From Pirellulales bacterium (GTDB lineage Bacteria > Planctomycetota > Planctomycetia > Pirellulales > PALSA-1355): a stretch of 64,000 nt of DNA. Each line of letters begins with the position of its first letter. Position 1 is the stretch's first letter. Below, piece after piece: positions 58,531 to 64,000 of the stretch. Below the pieces are notes generated by a model. It searched no databases. It had not been told where the DNA came from and was given only the letters and a program-made list of their open reading frames with translations. Both the position numbers and the translations under genes were made by a program. The stretch covers positions 800,001 to 864,000 of the forward strand of contig CAVTBU010000005.1 of the NCBI GenBank assembly GCA_963733035.1, read 5' to 3'.

Positions 58531-60049
58531 TTAGTTCAAGCCGTAGAGCGGGGCAAGCTTCTCACGCAAGTGCGCCATAAGTGGGCCGTGCGACAGCGGT
58601 TTTCCCGTGATTTCCTGCACAAGCTCGGCCGCCCTGAAACATTGCCCATGCCGGTGAATCTTCTCTCGCAGCCACTCGCGTAGTGGGGTGAATTCACCTC
58701 GTGCAAATAGCGGTTCAAACGTCCCCAAATCGTATTGGGCCTGCTCGAAAAACTGCGACGCGTACAGATTTCCGAGCGAGTACGTCGGGAAATAGCCGAC
58801 GAGGCCCGCGCTCCAATGCACGTCTTGCAGGACGCCGTCGGCGTCGCTGGGTGGTCGAATGCCGAGATACTGTTGGTATTTGTCATTCCAAGCGGCTGGT
58901 AGGTCAGCGACAGGTATGTCGTCAGCCAAGAGTGCCTGCTCGAGTTCGAAGCGAATCAGGATGTGAAGATTGTACGTTGCCTCGTCGGCCTCGACACGAA
59001 TCAGCGACGGCCGCACGTCGTTGATAGCAAAGTAGAACGCGTCCAACGAAGTTTGGCCAAGCGCCTCGGGAAATGCCCGTTGCGCATCGAGATACAGCCA
59101 GTCCCAAAATGCCCGACTGCGGCCAACGAGGTTCTCCCACAGTCGCGATTGCGATTCGTGGATGCCCAGCGACACGGCTTCGCCCGGTGGCAAACCATAC
59201 CACTGGCCGGGTAAGCCCTGGTCATAAATCCCGTGTCCCGCTTCGTGTAGCACACCAAAGAACGCACTGCTGAAGAAATGTTCGTCGTAGCGCGTGGTGA
59301 TTCGGCAATCGTTTGGTCCCAGCCCGGTGCAGAACGGGTGCGCAGTCACGTCCAATCTTCCCCGGCGAAAGTCAAACCCAATCGCCCGGGCGCCACTGGT
59401 GGCCAGTGACACCTGCGCATCAATCGGGTAACGGCGTTCCAGAATTGACACGTCCGGCCGCCGCGAACTGGCGGCGATTTCGGCAACCAACGGCACCAGC
59501 GCCTCGCGCAAATCGGCCAACACGTGCGCAACGTTCGAGGTTCGTTCACCCGGCTCGTAGTCCTCCAGCAGCGCATCGTACGCCGTTTCCTCGAACCCCA
59601 AAGCAGCCGCTTCGGCCCGTTTGAGTTCGAACGTTTTGGCCAACAGCGGCGCGAAAATGGCGAAGTCGTCTTTCGCCCGGGCTTGCTCCCAAGCGTGTTG
59701 CCCCAAGGATGCCGTCCGTGCAAGCTCCTCGACGAGCGACTGCGGCAATTTGACGCGACGGTCATACTCGCGCTTCAATTGCCTGATGGTTGTGCCGGCT
59801 TCGCTGTGCGGGTCCGCGGTGAGCGGACTGTCGGCCAAAACGCTCAACCACTCGGCAATTCTCGGGTCGGTGCGACGCTGGTGCATCAGGCCGGCCAGCA
59901 GCGTCAATTGCTCCGCACGATACTCGGTCGCATCCGGCGGAAGCATCGTGCGCTCGTCCCATTCAAGGGCGCCTTCGGCCGCGGCCAACAGGGCCGTTTC
60001 GCGCGTGCCGGCAAAGTTCGGCGTATGCGGTTTCGTATTCCGGTTTCAT
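58531..60049 (-). CDS. Carboxypeptidase M32 (Taq-type); frameshift near 60003
   Basis: HPF, RITTRY, HEAGH, HESQS, IRVEADE, G.LQDVHW, GYFPTYSLG. Confidence 0.9.
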
Positions 60050-60325
60050 GGAATGGAACTCACGAGAATATTGGTTGACATTGTTGGTGTACCGTCTGCA
60101 TGGTCGCTGGACAAGGCGATGCATTGCTTGAAATCGCTGCTCGGCAACACGGTTTCCGCAGGCCGCGGCTGCGCCATGGTGCTGGCCGGACCAGCGAAAT
60201 CGGTGTCCTTGGCGGGGTGGGAGTGAAACCGGTATACTTGTACGGGGGCATTGCCCGCCGGCCAAAGGGACTGCGCTTTGGGCGACGGAGCCGCCCGACG
60301 CAATGATCTCATCCCACCTAAAGAC

Positions 60326-61162
60326 ATGCCCAAGTACATTGTGCGAACTGGCGTCATGCGAGCTCTTGGCGCTTGCTCGTCGAATCGTGACGAAACGTTT
60401 CTGCGCAGCAGTCGAGTCGTGGTCCGCACGGAGCGAGGTCTTGAAGTCGGAGAAGTGCTCTGCGAGGCCAACGAAACAGCACTGGCCCAACTCGACGAGC
60501 CCGGATCGGGGCAAATTTTGCGGCTGATGGGCGCGGATGATGATCGGGAATGGTCGCGGATGCTCAATGAGGCGCGTCAGGAATTCCAAACCTGCCAGCG
60601 TCTGATCGAGCAGGAAAAGCTCGAGATGCGCCTGGTCGACGTTGAACATATCTTCGGTGGCGAGCGAATCGTGGTGTATTACCTCGCCGAAAACCGTGTC
60701 GACTTCCGTGAACTGGTACGACAATTGGCCGCGGAATTTCAGACCCGCGTCGAAATGCGTCAGATCGGCGTCCGCGACGAAGCCAAGATCCTGGCCGATT
60801 ACGGCGATTGTGGGAAACCCGTTTGCTGTAATACGCACCTTTCCGAAATGCCGCCCGTGTCGATGAAGATGGCTAAGATCCAAAAAGCCACGCTCGACCC
60901 AACCAAGATTTCCGGCCGTTGCGGACGATTGAAATGCTGCCTCAGGTACGAATACGATACGTATGACGCCCTGCAAAAGGAACTGCCGCCGCTGGGGTCC
61001 GACGTCGTGACTTCTCGAGGTCGAGCTCGCGTGCTAGCGCAGGAGATTCTGGCCAGCCAACTGCTCATCGAAACTGAAGATCACCGCCGCGTGATGATTG
61101 CCGCCGACGAAGTGCTCACAGTGCTCAAACGCGGTGGCGGCGGACGCAAGAACTCGAACTAA
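60326..61162 (+). CDS. PSP1-domain RicT/YaaT-family protein
   Basis: RVDFRELV, EMRQIGVRDEAK, CGKPVCC, KISGRCGRLKCCLRYE. Confidence 0.88.
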   Translation: MPKYIVRTGVMRALGACSSNRDETFLRSSRVVVRTERGLEVGEVLCEANETALAQLDEPGSGQILRLMGADDDREWSRMLNEARQEFQTCQRLIEQEKLEMRLVDVEHIFGGERIVVYYLAENRVDFRELVRQLAAEFQTRVEMRQIGVRDEAKILADYGDCGKPVCCNTHLSEMPPVSMKMAKIQKATLDPTKISGRCGRLKCCLRYEYDTYDALQKELPPLGSDVVTSRGRARVLAQEILASQLLIETEDHRRVMIAADEVLTVLKRGGGGRKNSN

Positions 61163-61198
61163 CCCGCCACCGAAACGTTCCGACAGCCCCGATTCACC

Positions 61199-61630
61199 AT
61201 GCTCGACCCGTCGCACCCGATCGCCAAACTGCTCAAAGAAGACCGCCGTTACAAAATCGACGCTTACGCGTTCGTTTTCGAGGCACTCAACTACGCTCAC
61301 ACGCAACTCGGCATGGGCACGGAGCACGCGGCTGAAAGTGAAGAGGAGCCCGAGGAAGGCTCGCAGCGCGAAAGCGAACGGCACTTGACCGGTCAGCAAC
61401 TTTGCGAAGCGATTCGTCAGTATGCCTTGGAACAATACGGCTATATGGCAAAGTGCGTGTTAAACAGCTGGGGCGTACAGAGGACCGGCGACTTCGGCGA
61501 GATCGTCTTTAATCTGATTGGCATCGGGCAGATGCGCAAGACGCCGGACGATCGTCGCGAGGACTTTGACGATATCTTTGACTTCGAAACTGGAATGCAG
61601 CAGAGCTTCAAGATTACTCGTCCCGAGTAG
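61199..61630 (+). CDS. Minf_1886-family (Verrucomicrobia/Planctomycetes-type) protein
   Basis: DRRY..DAYAFV.EAL, HLTGQQLC, WGV..TGDFGEIVFNL, D.REDF. Confidence 0.8.
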   Translation: MLDPSHPIAKLLKEDRRYKIDAYAFVFEALNYAHTQLGMGTEHAAESEEEPEEGSQRESERHLTGQQLCEAIRQYALEQYGYMAKCVLNSWGVQRTGDFGEIVFNLIGIGQMRKTPDDRREDFDDIFDFETGMQQSFKITRPE

Positions 61631-61663
61631 CGCCACCAACCTCGACGGATCGCCAGGCCCGAC

Positions 61664-61837
61664 ATGTCGCGCGCGGAAAAAGAAAAAGCTCGCCCCAACG
61701 AAGTGGCGTCGGCGGACCCCGATGGTTACTTGCCACCGACGGCGCTCCCGCGTAAGCATCCTCTGTTGTTGGCGATTGCCGTGACGCTCTTTGTCGGCTG
61801 GATCGTTTTTTTGATCGTTTTGGCGATCCGCGGTTGA
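61664..61837 (+). CDS. 57-aa single-TM small protein (not in the ORF track)
   Basis: Translated by hand: MSRAEKEKARPNEVASADPDGYLPPTALPRKHPLLLAIAVTLFVGWIVFLIVLAIRG*. Confidence 0.6.
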   Translation: MSRAEKEKARPNEVASADPDGYLPPTALPRKHPLLLAIAVTLFVGWIVFLIVLAIRG

Positions 61838-62001
61838 GATTCGAGTCGCGGCAGAAAAGCCTCGCAGCCATCGAGTTGCTGAACGAATCGCCGCGTGCGG
61901 CCAAAAAATCGCCAGGAAACACCGCGTGGCGAATGCAAGGGTCCTGCCGGTATTGCTGCCGTGTCGACCATCGGCGCCGGATTGCAAAGTAAGGTACGAC
62001 A

Positions 62002-62017
62002 TGGCGCGTCTTTTGCA
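62002..62017 (+). promoter_or_regulatory. Putative sigma-54 (-24/-12) promoter
   Basis: TGGCGCG-TCTT-TTGCA against consensus TGGCACG-N4-TTGCW; about 120 bp upstream of ATG 62140. Confidence 0.55.
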
Positions 62018-62139
62018 GCTCTACAGAGATCTTTGCGTATCGACGTAAACTTGTCCATGCTTTCGGCTTTTGCGACAATTCGAGTATCGGCCCGAGAGCC
62101 CGTCTCGACCGGTGAAGACTTCTTTGGAGATTCTGATAC

Positions 62140-63249
62140 ATGAAACGCGCAGGTTGGATCCCGGTCGTCGCTGGATTCCTTATCACGAGTTGGTTCCTGG
62201 TCGGCACTGCCGTGCGAGCGGACGATGCCAAATCCTTCGAGCAAACTGTGGCCAAGGCCGCGGCCTTTTGCCAGAAGAGCCAGGCCGCCGATGGCTCCTA
62301 CAGCGGCGACTCGGGCCCGGCGATAACGGCGGTCGTCACGGCTGGACTGCTGCGTAACGGCCGCACGGCCGACGATCCGCTTGTGGCCAAGAGTCTCAAG
62401 TACTTGGAAGGCTTCGTTCATCCCGATGGAGGCATCTACGCCGAGGGTTCGACGCATCGCAACTACGAAACTTGCATCGCCCTGCAGTGTTTTGTCGAGG
62501 CCAACCGCGATAAGCGCTATGATGACTTGATCAAGAACGCGGAGCGGTTTGTGCGCGGCATCCAGTGGGATAGCGAAGATGGCATCGACAAATCAAGCCC
62601 CAATTTTGGCGGAGCGGGATACGGCGGCAAGCGGCGACCGGACCTGTCGAATACTTCCTTCTTGATGGACGCGTTGAAATCCGTCGGTGCCGGACCGGAT
62701 GACGAGGCCGTACAAAAGGCACTGGTCTTCGTTTCCCGCTGCCAGAACCTTGAAAGCGAGTACAATACGACGCCCTTCGCCGCGAAAGTCAACGACGGTG
62801 GATTCTACTACACGCCAGCAGCCGGGGGTGCGAGCATGGCGGGCGAGGCCCCCGGCGGTGGACTGCGCAGCTACGCCTCGATGACCTACGCCGGTCTCAA
62901 GAGCCTGATCTACGCTGGCCTGACGAGCGACGACCCACGCGTAAAGGCCGCTACCAAATGGATTCAGGAACACTACACACTCGATGAAAACCCCGGGATG
63001 GGCGCCGCCGGTTTGTACTACTACTATCAAGCATATGCCCGAGCGCTGGCCGCCATGGGCATTGATAAATTCAAGGATGCGAGCGGCAAGGAGCACGACT
63101 GGCGGTCCGAGTTGATCGCGGCGATCGCCTCGCGTCAACAAGCCGACGGCTCGTGGGTCAACGAGAACAGTCGCTGGTTGGAAGGGAATCCGAACCTTGT
63201 GACGGGATACTCGCTGCTGGCCCTGAGCTACGCCAAACCGACCAACTAG
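62140..63249 (+). CDS. Secreted prenyltransferase/squalene-cyclase repeat protein
   Basis: Signal peptide; QAADGS and QQADGSW QW-like repeats; RPDLSNT, LRSYASMTYAGLKS. Confidence 0.8.
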   Translation: MKRAGWIPVVAGFLITSWFLVGTAVRADDAKSFEQTVAKAAAFCQKSQAADGSYSGDSGPAITAVVTAGLLRNGRTADDPLVAKSLKYLEGFVHPDGGIYAEGSTHRNYETCIALQCFVEANRDKRYDDLIKNAERFVRGIQWDSEDGIDKSSPNFGGAGYGGKRRPDLSNTSFLMDALKSVGAGPDDEAVQKALVFVSRCQNLESEYNTTPFAAKVNDGGFYYTPAAGGASMAGEAPGGGLRSYASMTYAGLKSLIYAGLTSDDPRVKAATKWIQEHYTLDENPGMGAAGLYYYYQAYARALAAMGIDKFKDASGKEHDWRSELIAAIASRQQADGSWVNENSRWLEGNPNLVTGYSLLALSYAKPTN

Positions 63250-63288
63250 GACTGCCATTTCATCCGGCGAATAAGCCGGAAATACATC

Positions 63289-63843
63289 GTGCCAAAAGCC
63301 GTTCGCAAAACCACCCAGCCGCGTCTGCTCGGACGCGGCTTTTTCGCGCGCCCGGCACTCGTCGTTGCCAAGGAACTGCTCGGCAAATGCCTGGTGCGCC
63401 GAATAGGCGATGCGCAAATCGAGGCGGTGATCAACGAAACCGAGGCCTATATCGGCCCGCATGATCTCGCCTGCCACGGCAGCAAGGGGCGCACTGCGCG
63501 GACCGACGTGATGTTCGGCCCGGCGGGACATTGGTATGTGTATTTCATTTATGGCATACACTGGATGCTCAACGCAGTTACCGACGACATCGACCACCCA
63601 GCCGCCGTGCTCATTCGAGGCGCCGGTCAATGGGACGGCCCGGCCAAGCTCACCAAGGCGATGTCGATTGATAAGCGATTCAACGCCCTGCCCATCGATA
63701 CTTCCGCCGACCTGTGGATCGAAGACCAAGATATCGTCATCCCCAGCCGCAAAATCCGCCGCACGCCGCGGATTGGAGTAGACTACGCCGGAAAATGGGC
63801 GGCGAAGCCGTACCGGTTTGTGGTGGAACAGCGAAACGACTGA
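63289..63843 (+). CDS. mpg: DNA-3-methyladenine glycosylase (AAG/MPG family)
   Basis: VAKELLG, ETEAY.G..D.ACH, YVYFIYG.H, AVLIR, GPAKL, RIGV. Confidence 0.92.
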   Translation: MPKAVRKTTQPRLLGRGFFARPALVVAKELLGKCLVRRIGDAQIEAVINETEAYIGPHDLACHGSKGRTARTDVMFGPAGHWYVYFIYGIHWMLNAVTDDIDHPAAVLIRGAGQWDGPAKLTKAMSIDKRFNALPIDTSADLWIEDQDIVIPSRKIRRTPRIGVDYAGKWAAKPYRFVVEQRND

Positions 63844-63874
63844 CCCAGCCGAGGCAAGACAGAATCTCACCCAC

Positions 63875-64000
63875 ATGCGTGACCTCTGGCGTCCTTTGAT
63901 CATCGTTTGCCTGGCCCTGCTGGTGCCGGTGTTGCCGTTTCTTAGTTTTGGCGGTTGGCTGGAAGGTCGGGTTGCGCAATGGCTTGATCCGCCGCCACCA
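63875..64000 (+). CDS. 5' part of a membrane protein (possibly DedA/VTT family), runs off the window
   Basis: MRDLWRPLIIVCLALLVPVLPFLSFGGWLEGRVAQWLDPPPP, open to the window end. Confidence 0.5.
   Translation, partial: MRDLWRPLIIVCLALLVPVLPFLSFGGWLEGRVAQWLDPPPP

Noticed and set aside
59963..63903. Long antisense ORFs (59963-60976, 62593-63903 and similar elsewhere)
   Set aside because: Shadow ORFs of high-GC coding strands with no motifs. Only the last codons of 59963-60976 are real, as the peptidase N-terminus.

Overview
A GC-rich chromosomal segment from a planctomycete, probably Pirellulales. The taxon call rests on the 16S rRNA gene, the PVC signature proteins, DUF1559, PEP-CTERM and the H4MPT C1 genes. 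Most of the window is housekeeping or metabolic: oleC, mch plus a RimK-like ligase, a DtxR/MntR regulator, ffs-dnaX-ybaB-recR-rpoN, nrdR, a polyprenyl synthase, moaC, two sugar-catabolism clusters, mqnA-mqnC, gadB, a Nat-type ABC transporter, a stand-alone 16S rRNA gene, scpB-rpe-accD-kinase, larA, a DUF11 protein, an M32 carboxypeptidase, ricT and mpg. The most notable observations are: (1) a heptamer-built inverted-repeat element present twice in one operon, once enclosing a four-helix-bundle (IVS/Avd-like) gene and once empty, each time lying between an upstream stop codon and a downstream start codon; (2) an NrdR with a tandem-duplicated Zn ribbon; (3) an A10 slippery run in dnaX with an immediate -1-frame stop; (4) about 10 frameshifts that nearly all lie at or next to GCGC, which suggests modification-linked long-read errors rather than pseudogenes; (5) an apparent Mch-RimK fusion that may be one of those errors. 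All product calls come from motif recognition, not database searches.
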